From assembly GCA_030390025.1 (NCBI GenBank), contig CM059432.1, positions 134,294,001 through 134,358,000 of the forward strand: DNA of 64,000 bases, given 5' to 3'. Shown here piece by piece: positions 25,208 through 38,190 of this stretch. The stretch comes from Squalus acanthias. Its lineage: Eukaryota. Under the pieces are notes generated by a model that saw nothing but the letters and a program-made list of their open reading frames with translations, was not told where the DNA came from and searched no databases. The position numbers and the translations under genes were made by a program. Numbering within the stretch: the first letter of the stretch is position 1; each line of letters opens with the position of its first letter.

Positions 25208-27191
25208 CTGCAGCAGAATTGTATTCCATCACAATCTGTAACCTCATGGCCCAGCATATCCCTCACTCTACCATTACCATCAAGCCAGGGGACCAACCCT
25301 GGTTCAATAAGGAGTGCAGAAGAACATGCCAGGAGCAGCACCAGGAGTACCTAAAAATGAGGTGCCAACCTGGGGAAGCTGCAACACAGGACTACATGCA
25401 TACTAAACAGCGGAAGCAGCATGTTATAGACAGAGCTAAGCAATCCCACAATCAACGGATCAGATCAAAGCTCTGCAGTCCTGCAACATCCAGTCATGAA
25501 TGGTGGTGGACCATTAAACAACTTATGGGAGGAGGAGGCTCCATGAATATCCCCATCCTCAATGATGGCAGAGCCCAGCATGCGAGTGCAAAAGACAAGG
25601 CTGAAGCATTTGCAACCATCTTCAGCCAGAAGTGCCGAGTGGATGATTCATATCAGCAAAGGCTGTGGGCCCCGACAACATCCCAGCTGTCGTGCTGAAG
25701 ACTTGTGCTCCAGAACTAGCCATGCTTCTAGCCAAGCTGTTCCAGTACAGTTACAACACTGGCATCTACCCGACAATGTGGAAAACTGCCCAGGTATGTC
25801 CTGTCCACAAAAAGCAGGACAAATCCAATCCATCCAATTACCGCCCCATCAGCCTACTCTCAATCATCAGCAAAGTGATGGAAGGTGTCGTCGACAGTGG
25901 TATCAAGTGGCACTTACTCACCAATAACCTGCTCACCGATGCTCAGTTTGGGTTCTGCCAGGACCACTTGGCTCCAGGCCTCATTACAGCCTTGGTCCAA
26001 ACATGGACAAAAGAGCTGAATTCCAGAGGTGAGGTGAGAGTGACTGCCCTTGACATCAAGGCAGCATTTGACTGAGTGTGGCATCAAAGAGCCCTAGTAA
26101 AATTGAAGTCAATGGGAAACAGGGGGAAAACGCTCCACTGGCTGGAGTCATACCTAACACAAAGGAAGATGGTTGTGGTTGTTGGAGGTCAATCATTTCA
26201 GCCCCAGGACATCACTGCAGGAGTTCCTCAGGGCAGTGTCCTAGGCCCAACCATCTTCAGCTGCTTCATCAATCACCTTTCCTCCATCATAAGGTCAGAA
26301 GTGGGGATGTTTGCTGATGATTTCACAGTGTTCAGTTCCATTCGCAACTCCTCAGATAATGAAGCAGTCCATGCCCACATGCAGCAAGACCTGGACAACA
26401 TTCAGGCTTGGCCTGATAAGTGGCAGGTAACAATCGCGCCACACAAGTGCCAGGCAATGAATGTCTCCAACAAGTGAGAGTCTAACCACCTTCCCATGAC
26501 ATTCAACGGCATTACCATCGCCAGATCCCCCACCATCAACATCCTGGGGGTCACCATTGACCAGAAACTTAACTGGACCAGCCACATAAATACTGTGGCA
26601 ACAAGAGCAGGTCAGAGGCTAGGTATTCTGCGGCGAGTGTCTCACCTCCTGACTCCCCAAAGCCTTTCCACCATCTACAAGGCACAAGTCAGGAGTGTGA
26701 TGGAATACTCTCCACTTGCCTGGATGAGTGTAGCTCCAACAACACTCAAAAAGCTGGACACCATCCAGGACAAAACAGCCCGCTTAATTGGCACCCCATA
26801 CACCACTGTAAACATTCACTTTCTCCACCACCGTGGCTGCAGTGTGTACCATCTACAAGATGCACTGCAGCAACTCGCCAAGGCTTCTTCGGCAGCACCT
26901 CCCAAACCCGCAACCTCTTCCACCTAGAAGGACAAGGGCAGCAGGCACACGGGAACACCATCACCTCTAAGTTCCCCTCCAAGTTACACACCATCCTGAC
27001 TTGGAAATATATCACCGTTCCTTCATCGTCGCTGGGTCAAAATCCTGGAACTCCCTCCCTAACAGCACTGTGGGAGTACCTTCAACACAAGGACTGCAGC
27101 GGTTCAAGAAGGCGGCTCACCACCACCTTCTCAAGGGCAATTAGGGATGGGCAATAAATGCTGGCCTTGCCAGTGACGCCCACATCCTAGG
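25208..27191 (+). mobile_element. 5'-truncated non-LTR retrotransposon (RT; CR1/Jockey supergroup), same family as 42622-46127
   Basis: ORF pieces NYRPISLLSIISKVME, ALDIKAAFD, GVPQGSVLGP, FADD; 17-bp TSD AACTRAAAACAAAATAG (25191-207, 27192-208, one mismatch). Confidence 0.9.
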
Positions 27192-27208
27192 AACTAAAAA
27201 CAAAATAG

Positions 27209-27522
27209 AGAAACTATTTCCTCTGGTGAAGGAGCCCAGGACAAGGGGGCATAACTTTAAAATTAGAGCTAGGCCATTCAAGGGTGATGTCAGGAAGCAC
27301 ATATTCACACAAGTAGTCGTGGAATTCTGGAACTCTCTCCCCAAAATGGGTCAATCGAAAATTTCAAAACTGAGATTGATAGATTTTTTTTAGGCACGGG
27401 TATTAAGGGTCACGGAACCAAGGCGGGTAAATGTAGTTGAGATACAGGTTAGCCATGATCTAATTGAATGGTGGAACAGGCTTCAGCGGCTGAATGGCCT
27501 GCTCCTGATCCTATGTTCCTTA
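27209..27522 (+). mobile_element. CR1 3' end
   Basis: CR1 C-terminal coding relic and GGCTGAATGGCCTGCTCCTG...CCTATGTTCCT tail. Confidence 0.8.
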
Positions 27523-28389
27523 TAGAATCAAGAGGAAAAAAATCATAACCACAACAAATCAGTGCCATACATTAGCAGTCTGAACACTAACAAAATGAAG
27601 CAGATGTAATTACTAGTTTTTGCTTGTGCATTTTTTTCTCTGAACTTGGGGCATTGTAGGTGGACAATTTTAAAATGTAACACAATTGTTCCTGCTTTGT
27701 TCTGTACAATTTGTCTTTGCATAGCAAACATAGCAATCTGTATGAAATTGCAGACTCTAATTTCTTGCTCTGGATGGACCGTATCGTCAAGTTGAAAAGA
27801 TAATTGCTGTGAGTCTCGAAGTAAAATAAGATTCAATCTATACAATCTCCCAACAGTGCCTGCAAATTTGAATTGAAGTTTGATGTTTTGAAATGGAACT
27901 AATTCAACTGCATCTTCTTGCTGGGACATGACTTGGAATGAGGTAGAATGCATATCAACAACGTATTAATATCAGCTGGGCCAGTCTCCCAGCCAGAAAG
28001 TATCGAAAGTTAGAATTAAAGTCATGGAATGACTGAGTAAATTCCACTCAGAGGAATTCTGACTTTCAAAAGAACTCGGGAAAGAATTCTAGTTGCAATT
28101 TAATGAATTTATTTCCTCACAGGACATAGCTGATTTCAGTGATTAATACAATACTTTTCACAAAAGTGGCTAAAAGGTGTGGCATCAAGATGTGTAAGTG
28201 AAAATAATAAAATGTAGGATAATACTGTAGTATTTTAACCAGTCATTGGTGATCGCTTAGCATAAAAACCTACTTCAGACCAACTTCCACCAAGGCAAGC
28301 AGAGATTGATTTTAAATGGAATCCAAATCCATTATGTAAGTGATACAAGCACCACCCTAACATTAATATTCATGTAATTCTGACCTAAA

Positions 28390-29700
28390 GGGAGGAATTT
28401 TAACCTCAAAAAACAGGGTGTGGGGGCGGGGGGGCGGGGGGGGGGGGGGGGGAGGGTGGCGGTGTTGGGTCGGGTGGGAGGTTAAAGAGTTAAAAATCTG
28501 AAACCCAACCGCAACCTGCCTCCAACCTGCCCACTTCCAGTTTTAAAGGAGGCGGGATGGGGGCGGGCAGCCAACCCGCTCGCAGAAGGCTGCTTGGCAC
28601 TTTAAATATTATAATGAGGCTCCGTGCCTCATGGTGACCCGCCATTTTAAATTTAACTGTGGGCAGGCGGGTTTCCCAGGCTTCAGGAAACCCACCAGCT
28701 AAAGAGAGGTGAGGACTGCTGGATCTAGGAGGTAATTGCCTTTCCACTTACTTGCTGGATCCAGCGTCCCTGCTTCGCCAAAGCCCACGATCAGACACCC
28801 CCCGACCCTTCCGATCTCCACCTGACCTCTCCCTGCCTGGTCTCCAACCCCTCCCCCCCACCCTCCACAAGGCCTCCGACCTCAGGCCTTCGATCCTTGG
28901 CCCCCGGCCTCCGACCTACCCTCCCGCCCCCGATCACCCTCCAGCCTTCCAACCTCCCCCCTCCAGCCCCCAAGCACCCCCTGGCCTTCCGACCTCCCCC
29001 CTCCAACGCCCAATCACCCCCTGGCCTTCCAACCTCCCCCCTCCAACCCCCAATCACCCCCTGGCCTTCCAACCTCCCCCCTCCAACCCCCAATCACCCC
29101 CTGGCCTTCCGACCTCCCCCCTCCAGCCCCCAATTACCCCCTGGCTTTCCGACCTCCCCCCTCCAGCCCCCAATCACCCTCTGGCCTTCCGACCTCCCCC
29201 CTTCAGCCCCCAATTACCCCCTGGCTTTCCGACCTCCCCCTCCAGCTCCCAATCACCCCCTGACTTTCCGACCTCCCCCCTCCAGCCCCCAATCACCCCC
29301 TGGCCTTCCGACCTCCCCCCTCCAGCTCCCAATCACCCCCTGACTTTCCGACCTCCCCCCTCCAGCCCCCAATCACCCCCTGGCCTTCCGACCTCCCCCC
29401 TCCAGCCCCCAATGACCCTCCGACCTTCTGGCCTCCCCCATCCAGCCCCCGATACCCCTCCGGCCTCCGATTCTCCACCCCACCCCCCCCCCCCACCTGA
29501 TCCCTCACTCCCCCCTCTCTGCGGTCTGGTGCCGCAGGCCTACCTGCCCGACAGGCAGTCAGTCTCTCCATCTGGCTGGCTGCTGGCAGAAAACAGTGAT
29601 TCCAAATGCTAATCAGGTTCAGCAGGGCCTGCGGGAAAACGGTTCTCCCAGGTTTCCCGACCCCCTGCATCCTACCCACCCCCAAATTAAAATTCCGACC
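28390..29700. mobile_element. Harbinger-like MITE with an internal minisatellite
   Basis: TIRs GGGAGGAATTTTAA and revcomp GGTCGGAATTTTAA; 3-bp TSD AAA. Confidence 0.75.
28900..29470 (+). repeat. 40-bp C-rich minisatellite (CTGGCCTTCCGACCTCCCCCCTCCAGCCCCCAATCACCCC), ~14 copies
   Basis: Exact 40-bp periodicity visible from 28941 to 29240, continuing after a 1-bp slip. Confidence 0.95.
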
Positions 29701-29794
29701 AAAGTTTTAGCCTAAATGATATGGACTGTGCCTCTAAATATAATTTCGGTTCAGGCTTCAAGTATGAGCAAAGCAGCAACATGACCATTGGAGT

Positions 29795-29930
29795 AAGCTT
29801 GCTGTGTGCAACTTGGCTTCCGCGCTACAACAATAACTACACTTCAAAAGTACTTCATTGGCTGTAAAGTGCTTTGGGATGTCCTGAGTTCATAAAAGGT
29901 GCTATAGAAATGCAAGTCTTTCTTTCTTTG
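29795..29930 (+). mobile_element. Deu-SINE 3' tail fragment
   Basis: ACTACACTTCAAAAGTACTTCATTGGCTGTAAAG...ATGCAAGTCTTTC matches 46770-46859. Confidence 0.8.
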
Positions 29931-30404
29931 TAAGAAGACACTGCTCTACATTTCTGCTATCGGGCAACTGTACCAACGGAACACCGTGATTATCTCTGTC
30001 CCAGGAGCTAGGACAACTTCTTTCTTCTGTGGAGGATTTGTTGTAGTTCCCCCATAACTGTAGACTCTCTCCCTTTACACCCTTTCTTATCACTGCTATG
30101 TGACAGCTCTGCTGCAACTCCCTTTTGTTTCTTAGCTTTCCCATAAATTTTATTAAACTTTATGCTTTCATTTGATTGCTGGATTTATGTTAATTTTAAC
30201 TTATAAATTTCATGTAAACATTAATGAATGAACAACAGCTGCATTATTTATAAATATAGTCAATTATCCATTTAATTTTTGATTTGTTAACACACAAGTT
30301 CACATATGTTTAAAATGACCCATTAGGAATTAAGAACAAAAATGTTAAACTTACAGAAAAAGCTACACTTAAGTAGCTAACTTTTAAAATGTATCTCCAT
30401 ATTT

Positions 30405-31872
30405 ACATAGAATTTACAACACAGAAACAGGCCATTCAGCCCAACAGGTCCATGCCGGTGCTTGTGCTCCACATGAGCCTCCTCCCACCCTACATCATCT
30501 CGCCCTATCAACAAATCCTTCTATTCCTTTCTCCCTCATGTGTTTATTTAGCTTTCCCTCAAATGCATCTATGCTATTCAGCTCAACTATTTGGCCCTTA
30601 TTTCCGATGTTAAAATTGAAGAGTTATTTGTCAGTTGTGGAAATTCATTCATCCGTCCATCAGTCTCCATGACCCTATCTCCGAGGATCTCTATGGTCAG
30701 TAATGTGGGCTTTTCCAAAACACTTGACTTTTGCACATCACAACCATTGATTAATAATGACTTCAGTTAAGCGGCTTGCTGACTGCTTAAAAAGTGTGAA
30801 AGCAGTATTTCAGGTGCAATGTAATTTGTTTTTTTTCTCTGCAATTCCACTAACAAAACTAGTTTCCTCGAAATTATCTGCGGAAAAATATGAGCTTACC
30901 ACAGCATTTAATATTTCTTACCACAAGAGGAAAATACGCCCCTTACCCTTTTCCAGATATTGATTTAAACAAAAATAGTGCTGATTTTTCCACCGTAAAC
31001 CCGGTTTTATAGCTTTTTTTTTTACAGACATGATTATCAGTTCAGTAACTGATCGGGGGATAGTTTTTCCCCACGTAGTTTCTAAATATAAAAATGCTGA
31101 AAATCATTCTTGTATTATAATGGAAGGGGTGTTTTGTTTTGGTCTTTATAAAATAAAGTTAGGAAAAGTAAACTGGGGGGAATTTATTGTGGATAACGTC
31201 ACTTTTGATACATCGACAATTGTACTGAATTTTATTTGTCAGTCTGCAATTATTTCTTCAGCCCTCCCTAAGTTCTTAGTTAAATGTTGACTGCTGTTGC
31301 AACATATCTATTAATGTTACCTGCAGTGAAGATGTATTACTGTGTGACTGCCCACACATACTTAGATCTCACTAAATGTAATTACAGACAATGAAACAGG
31401 ATCTTTCTAGTCAGTCTATATGGGAACATAGTAACAGGAGTAGACCATTCAGCCCCTCGAGCCTGTTCCGCCATTCAATGAGATCATGGCTGATCTGTAT
31501 AGTCCCTTTGCAGAAATAATCTGTTCATAATTGTATTATGGAGACAAAAAAAGCAATTATTAATAGTATTTTCCACATTAGGGATACACTTTCTTATAGA
31601 TATTACCTACAGAAATAGGAAACGGCACAGCAATACTAATGAGGCTTTGCCAGCAGCTCCATTCACCCACTTCAATATTAAGGCAAATTCTTATTTTTAC
31701 CTATAGTTCCAGATACAAGATCAAGTAATTGGGAATTGGATACATACTTGAAAAGGAGAAATTTGCAGGGCTGTGGGGAAAGAGCAGGGGAGTGGAACTA
31801 ATTGGATAGCTCTTTTAAAGAGCTGGCATAGCACAATGGACCGAATGGCCTGCTTTTGAGCTGTATGATTCA
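30405..31872. mobile_element. Three short CR1 3'-end fragments (30405-30590 minus, 31423-31500 minus, 31725-31872 plus)
   Basis: GGCCATTCAGCCC-type terminal stem-loop and CR1 tail motifs. Confidence 0.7.
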
Positions 31873-31979
31873 TTTGTGATATCCAAGGAATGGGCGGTGT
31901 CAGTAGAAAAGTTGGAGAATTAGCGCAAAATTCATGCTCACTGCTCAATAAACTGATTGGAGTTCAAAATCAAGTCTTA

Positions 31980-32675
31980 GGGTTAGAAATTCAGTAGGTT
32001 AGCGCCCCCAGTTAGTGCCTGGTGGGGGCGCTAACGGGGCGCTCAGGCAGTAGCACTGCGGCGGGATGAATCCCGTGCCGCACGGCAAATTCACTGGCCC
32101 CGTAGCACCGACGATAACAGTTAGCGCCTCGGTCGCTTTCGCCATGCAGATCGTGATGTCAGCGAGCGCAGTGCTACTGCCTGAACGCTCGCTGGGCGCC
32201 CGATCTGCAAACTTCAGTAGCGCCCCCCCGCCTTACCGTCTCGCACCGACAGCACCAGGGAGCGGAGGCGTGGACCAGCCGGCTGGTGGCTGGCGGGGCG
32301 CTACTTAAAAGGATGCGCCCCAGCTGTCAAGGAACTTCCATTCCAAAGGTCAGTTATGAGTGGCAGAGAGCGCAGGATGTATCTGCAGCTAAATAAAGGC
32401 TGCTTAATCCCCGGAGTGCTGCAGTCCATCAAAGGACTTTGCATTTCATCCCACAGCATATCGCCGTTCTGCACTCCCCGAACCATTTGGGTCTGGTGTG
32501 CAGACTCCAATGACCCTCCCCTTTAATGGCTGGAAGGCGCCTTCACCAATGCTCACTCCCGATTACACAGCACCTCATATTCGTTATCACTTGGAGCCTA
32601 ACGCCACTCACCTACGCCATTAGCGCCTGATTTAGCGCTCCGCTGCATTCTTTGAGCGCTGGGACTGAATTTAGC
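31980..32675. mobile_element. GC-rich Harbinger-like MITE or terminal segment
   Basis: GGGTTAGAAATTCAGT start resembles the 40157 terminus; inverted ACTGAATTT at 32664-72; TAGCGCC-rich subterminal repeats. Confidence 0.6.
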
Positions 32676-32784
32676 TGGCAGCAAGATTGATTAAACTTCT
32701 CAAAAGTTTGTGCCCCTTTGCTCCCCCTTAATACCCAAGCTCATTGGCGTTAGACTTAAAGGGTGGACCAATATCAGGTGTAGT

Positions 32785-33306
32785 CTAATCGTCCGTGACA
32801 CGCGGCATGAGGTCTGGGTCCCCACAGTCTCTCAGGGAGTCCACCATCCTTCGCAGACTGCCAAGGATGGGTTCCATGGTGTGCGCAGAGCTCTGTGCAA
32901 TGTTGGAGGTAGACTCCTCCACGCTTCTTACCATTGCTGACAGGCTCTCAGGCACCCTTGCCATTGCACCTATCATCTCGGTGTGCATGCCCATCACCCT
33001 TCTTGTGAACGCCTCCCCATCAAGGTCCTCATCTGAGTCCTGCACAGCAGAACTCGCGCACGAACTCAGCTTCCGGGGAGCTGGCTCTAGAGCTACCCTT
33101 TCCCCCTGGCCTTGCTGCAGCCTGCTCGTCCTCGGTGCATCACCATGTGCAGACCCTTGCCTCTAAAGATCGCGTAGTGCCAGTATCTGAGGTGGCGTCT
33201 GCGGGTGAGAGACGCAGTGGCGTGATGCTTTGCTCCTCCTCCTCTTCTCCTTCCTCACTCTCAGTGGGAGGCTGAGGGACAGGCTGGTCATCTGGTTGCT
33301 GATTCT
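32785..33306 (-). pseudogene. Decayed exon of a transposon accessory protein (probably C-terminal part of the Harbinger Myb-like protein)
   Basis: Acceptor TTTATGCTTTCAG then ENQQPDDQPVPQPPTESEEGEEEEEQ...; after a frameshift QDSDEDLDGEAFTRRVMGMHTEMIGAMARVPESL; lies next to a Harbinger-type terminus. Confidence 0.5.
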
Positions 33307-33459
33307 CTGAAAGCATAAAGGCACAAGACTCGCTGTAAGGTGAGGGCAGGGGGGCAGGAAGGGAGCAAGGAATGCAGACAGTATCAGGAGCTGGAAAGTG
33401 GGAAAGGCTGGTGGTGTGAGGGGGAAGTGGGATGAGAGAAGAAGAGGGGATGAACACAC

Positions 33460-34135
33460 TTGTTATGCAGTTCTGTACTCCATATTACAAAAAGGATTTT
33501 GCAGCACTGGAGGAAGTACAGAAAAGATTCATAAGGATTTTACCAGAATTGAGAGGATGCAGCTATCAGGAAAGTTTGAGCAGGTTGGGGCTCTTTTCTC
33601 TGGAAAAGAGAAGACTAAGAGGGGACCTGACAGAGCTCTTGAAAATTAGGAAATGGTTCAATAGGGTGGATGTGGAGAAACGGTTTCCTCTTAGGGGTGA
33701 GTCTATAACAATGGGATATAAATGTAAGATAGCCACTAACAGATCAAGTAAAGAATTTAGGAGCAATTTCTTTACAGAGAGTGGTGAGGATGTGGACCTC
33801 ACGGCTACATGGAGTGGCTGAAGCAGAGAGCATTGACATATTTAAGGGGAGACTTGATGCATACATGAGAGGGAGGGAGGTGAGAAGAAGTCATTCGAGT
33901 GGAAGGAGGCTTGTGTGGAGTGTTTCTGTGCTGTACATTCTATGTAATTTTATATAAATACAACAACAACTTGTATTTATATAGCACCTTTAACTTAGTA
34001 AAATGTTCCGAGGTGCTTCACAGGAGCGGCTATCAAACGAAATTTAACACTGAGCCACAGCAGGAGATATTAGGACAGGTGAAAAAAAGCTTGGTCAAAG
34101 AGGTAGGTATTAAGGAGCGCCTAAAAAGAGGAGAG
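33460..34135. mobile_element. CR1 3' fragment (+, 33460-33950) followed by L2 3' tail (-, 33960-34135)
   Basis: LEEVQKRFIR..LGLFSLEKRRLRGDL translation; AACAACTTGTATTTATATAGCACC L2 tail. Confidence 0.8.
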
Positions 34136-35039
34136 CAGTAATGCCAACTCGCGCAAATTAATTGCAAGATTCGCGATTTTAATGAATATTTAGCCCAACT
34201 CACAATCTCACGATTCAACTCTGAAGAGTCAGGACTTTTTTCTACAGTATTAATCTTCGTCACACCTCCTGTGATTGGCTGCTGCTGAGATATGTGGGTT
34301 AGGTCAGGGGTTCGCAACCGGGGGGGGGTCCGCAAAAAGATTTCGGGGGGTCCGCGAGTTGGTTTGTCCCATTAGTAGTCTGTTTTTCCCATCAGTAGTC
34401 TCCCCTGCTCCTCTGTGTATTGAGACGATTGGAATAGTCTCAGATACAAAGACTGTGCATGCGTAGTTCTCACTGTTGGACACCATTTATGATTTGCAAC
34501 TTGGTTGGGCGAGTTCACTGCGTACACTAGCTTGTACGGATTTATCTCGGTACGTTTTTTTTCATTGCTTCTACGTTCATAGACATAGCCCACTCACTGC
34601 TTTTAACTATTAAATAAAATAGAGGGAGTTAGAACTTCTTGAAACCTGAGTTGAGGGCATGAAAATCAGTGATGTTAGTCCAGCGTTGCGTGGGCCGAGG
34701 TAGCGAGCCTCCCTTTCAACCTTTCTTTCCCCTCGTGCGGAGCCGCCCTGTGTTGGTTGGATGCCGGTCACGCCTACACTGCTACAAAGAGACCGTTTTT
34801 TCCCCCATTAACTGGTGGTTGAGATGGAGAGGGGAGGGCGCCATCATTGGAGAGTGCGCGCACCACGTGGCCTTGGAAGCGGGGAAGGGGATGTGGAAAT
34901 AAAGAGACTTGACGGTCTCTGGGGCTGCAGCAAGGCCATAGCCCGTGTTGGGGTTTGGTATTGAGATAAGAGGAAACAAGGGCTTCGAGACCAATTGTAG
35001 CATCGCTACTGCCACCCTAGCCCAGATCTGGTAACTCAG
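34136..35039. mobile_element. CpG-rich putative hAT-type non-autonomous element(s)
   Basis: CAGTAATGCCAACTC start and internal CAGGGGTTCGCAACC resemble hAT termini; the right end (CTGGTAAC) matches weakly; no TSD verified. Confidence 0.35.
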
Positions 35040-35081
35040 CATAGGCCAGGGATCAAGCCCATTTTCAGATGCAGTAATATA

Positions 35082-36454
35082 AGAACATAAGAACATAAGA
35101 AATAGGAGCAGGAGTAGGCCAATCGGCCCTTCGAGCCTGCTCCGCCATTCAATAAGATCATGGCTGATCTGATCCTCACCTCAAATCTAAAGAACACAAG
35201 AAGTAGGAGCAGGACCCGGCCACTCAGCCCCTGGGCCCGCTCCGCCACCCACAGGGCCTTGACCGATCCGAACTCAGCCTCATGTCCAATTTCCTGCCCG
35301 CTCACCGTAACCCCTAATTCCCTTTACTTCTAGGAAACTGTCTATTTCTGTTTTAAATTTATTTAATGATGTAGCTTCCACAGCTTCCTGGGGCAGCAAA
35401 TTCCACAGACCTACTACCCTCTGAGTGAAGAAGTTTCTCCTCATCTCAGTCTTGAAAGAGCAGCCCCTTATTCTAAGATTATGCCCCCTAGTTCTAGTTT
35501 CACCCATCCTTGGGAACATCCTTACCGCATCCATCCGATCAAGCCCCTTCACAATCTTATATGTTTCAATAAGATCGCCTCTCACTCTTCTGAACTCCAA
35601 TGAGTAGAGTCCCAATCTACTCAACCTCTCCTCATATGTCCACTCCCTCATCCCCAGGATTAACCGAGTGAACCTTCTTTGTACTGCCTCGAGAGCAAGT
35701 ATGTCTTTTCTTAAGTATGGACACCAAAACTGTATGCAGTATTCCAGGTGCGGTCTCACCAATACCTTATATAACTGCAGCAATACCTCCCTGTTTTTAT
35801 AATCTATCCCCCTAGCAATAAAAGCCAACATTCCGTTGGCCTTCTTGATCACCTGCTGCACCTACATACTAACTTTTTGATTTTCTTGCACTAGGACCCC
35901 CAGATCCCTTTGTACTGCAGTACTTTCCAGTTTCTCGCCATTAAGATAATAACTTGCTCTCTGATTTTTCTTGCCAAAGTGCATAACCTCACATTTTCCA
36001 ATATTGTATTGCATCTGCCAAATCTCCGCCCACTCACCCAGCCTGTCTATATCCCCTTGTAGGTTTTTTATGTCCTCCTCACTTTCTACTTTCCCTCCCA
36101 TCTTTGTATCATCTGCAAACTTTGATATGTTCCACTCGGTCCCCTCCTCCAAATCGTTAATATAGATTGTAAAGAGTTGGGGACCCAGCACCGACCCCTG
36201 CGGAACACCACTGGCTACTGGTTGCCAGTCCGAGAATGAACCATTTATCCCAACTCTCTGCTTCCTGTTAGATAACCAATCCTCCACCCATGCCAGAATA
36301 TTACCCCCAATCCAGTGATTTTTTATCTTGAGCAATAATCTTTTATGTGGCACCTTGTCGAATGCCTTCTGGAAGTCTAAATACACTACGTCCACTGGTT
36401 CCCCTTTATCCACCCTGTACGTTATGTCCTCAAAGAACTCAAGCAAATTTGTCA
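35082..36454 (-). mobile_element. Young 5'-truncated CR1 LINE (RT and C-terminus)
   Basis: ORFs 35862-36455 and 35280-35861 share one frame separated by a single TAG; YLDFQKAFD, GVPQGSVLGP, FADD; (TTCTTATG)n tail; possible AATATA TSD. Confidence 0.95.
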
Positions 36455-38190
36455 AATATAGTTCTTGAAAAGAGCTGTGACCTGTTAGAGATTAAATAAG
36501 TCATTAATGAGGTTTATAAATGAACTCTCAATCTATAATGGTGTATGCTTGAAAAAAAGCAACTCATGATTTCTCATGTTCTCTGCAGTCGCGACCGGGA
36601 GTTCCGAAGGTTGTGCTGCCTGCCCGGTGCCAGAGTTAAGGATATCTCCTCGCAGCTGGAGAAGAATTTGGAGTGGGAGGGAAAGGATCCAATTGTTGTG
36701 GTCCACGTAGGAACCAACGACATAGGTAGAACTAGGAATGAGGTTCTGCTGAGAGTTTGAGGAGCTAGGGTCCAAATTAAAATGCAGAACCTCAAAGGTA
36801 ATTATCTCTGGACTGTTACCTGAGCCACGCGCAAATTGGCATAGGGGCAAGCAGAACAGAGAGTTAAATGCATGGCTCAAAGAGTGGTGCAGAATGAAGT
36901 GGTTTCGATTCATGGGGCACTGGCACTAGTACTGGGAAGGAGGGAGCTGTTCCGTTGGGACGGGCTCCACTTAAAACCAGGCTGGGACCAGTGTCCTAGC
37001 AAATCGAATAACTAGGGCTGCAGATAGGGTTTTAAACTAAAAGGGGGCTGGGAGCAGGGGGCAGGGGACAAGGGGAGGGGAAATTTACAAATCTAAAGAG
37101 AAAAGTCAAGACAATGAAGCAGTGTAACGACTTGGGAAAAGATAAGCAGAGTGTAACAGGAAGGGACATGAGTTTAAGGTGAAAGCAGGGAATAATGGTA
37201 AAAAATTAAATTAAAGGCTCTTTATCTGAATGCGCGAAGCATTCGTAACAAGATAGATGAATTAGTGGAACAAATAGAGATAAATGGGTTTGATCTAATA
37301 GCCATTACAGAGACGTGGTTGCATGGTGACCAAGGTTGGAACTAAATATTTCAGGGTACCTGATGTTTTGAAAAGACAGGCAGAATGGAGAAGGAGGTGG
37401 GGTAGCCTTGATAATAAAGGACGACATAAGGAAAGTAGTGAGAAAGGATCCTGGCTTGGAAGATCAGGAAGTAGAATCAGTATGGGTGGAGATAACAAGG
37501 GTAGAAAACACTGGTGGGAGTAATTTATAGGCCCCCTAACAGTACCTATACCGTTGGACAGAGTATTAATCAAGAAATAAAAGGAGCTTGTAACAAAGGT
37601 AATGCAATAATCGTGGGGCACTTTAATCTTCATATTGGCAAAGGTAGTCTGGAGGATGAGTTCATGGAATGCAATCTAGACTGTTTCCTAGAACAATACG
37701 TCGTGGAACAGGCTATTTTAGATCTTGTATTGTGTTATGAAACAGGGTTAATTAGTAATCTCATAATAAAGTATCCTCTGGGGAAGAGTGATCATATTAT
37801 GATAGAATTTCACGTTGAGTTTGAGAGTGAAATACTTAACTCCAAAACTAGAGTCTTAAACTTATATAAAGCCAATTACATAGGTATGAGGGGTGAGTTG
37901 GCTAAGATAGATTGGGAAATTAGATTAAAAGGTATGGCGGTTGATAAGAAGTGGCAAACATTTAAAGAAATATTCCAAAATCCTCAATGGATATACATTC
38001 CATTGAGAAATTAAAAACTCGACAGGAAAAGTGATCCATCCGTGCCTATCTAAAGAAGTTAAGGATAGTATTAGATTAAAAGAAGAGGCATATAATGTTG
38101 TGAAGAATAGTAGTAAGCCTGAGGATTGGGAGAGTTTTAGAAACCAGCTAAGGATGACTAAAAAAATGATTAAAAGGGAGAAAATAGAAT

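Noticed and set aside
27543..27953. 136-aa minus-strand ORF in unique sequence
   Set aside because: No recognisable homology or convincing splice context
28752..29612. 286-aa proline-rich ORF and overlapping ORFs
   Set aside because: By-product of the C-rich 40-bp minisatellite; the period is not a multiple of 3 and it lies inside a MITE
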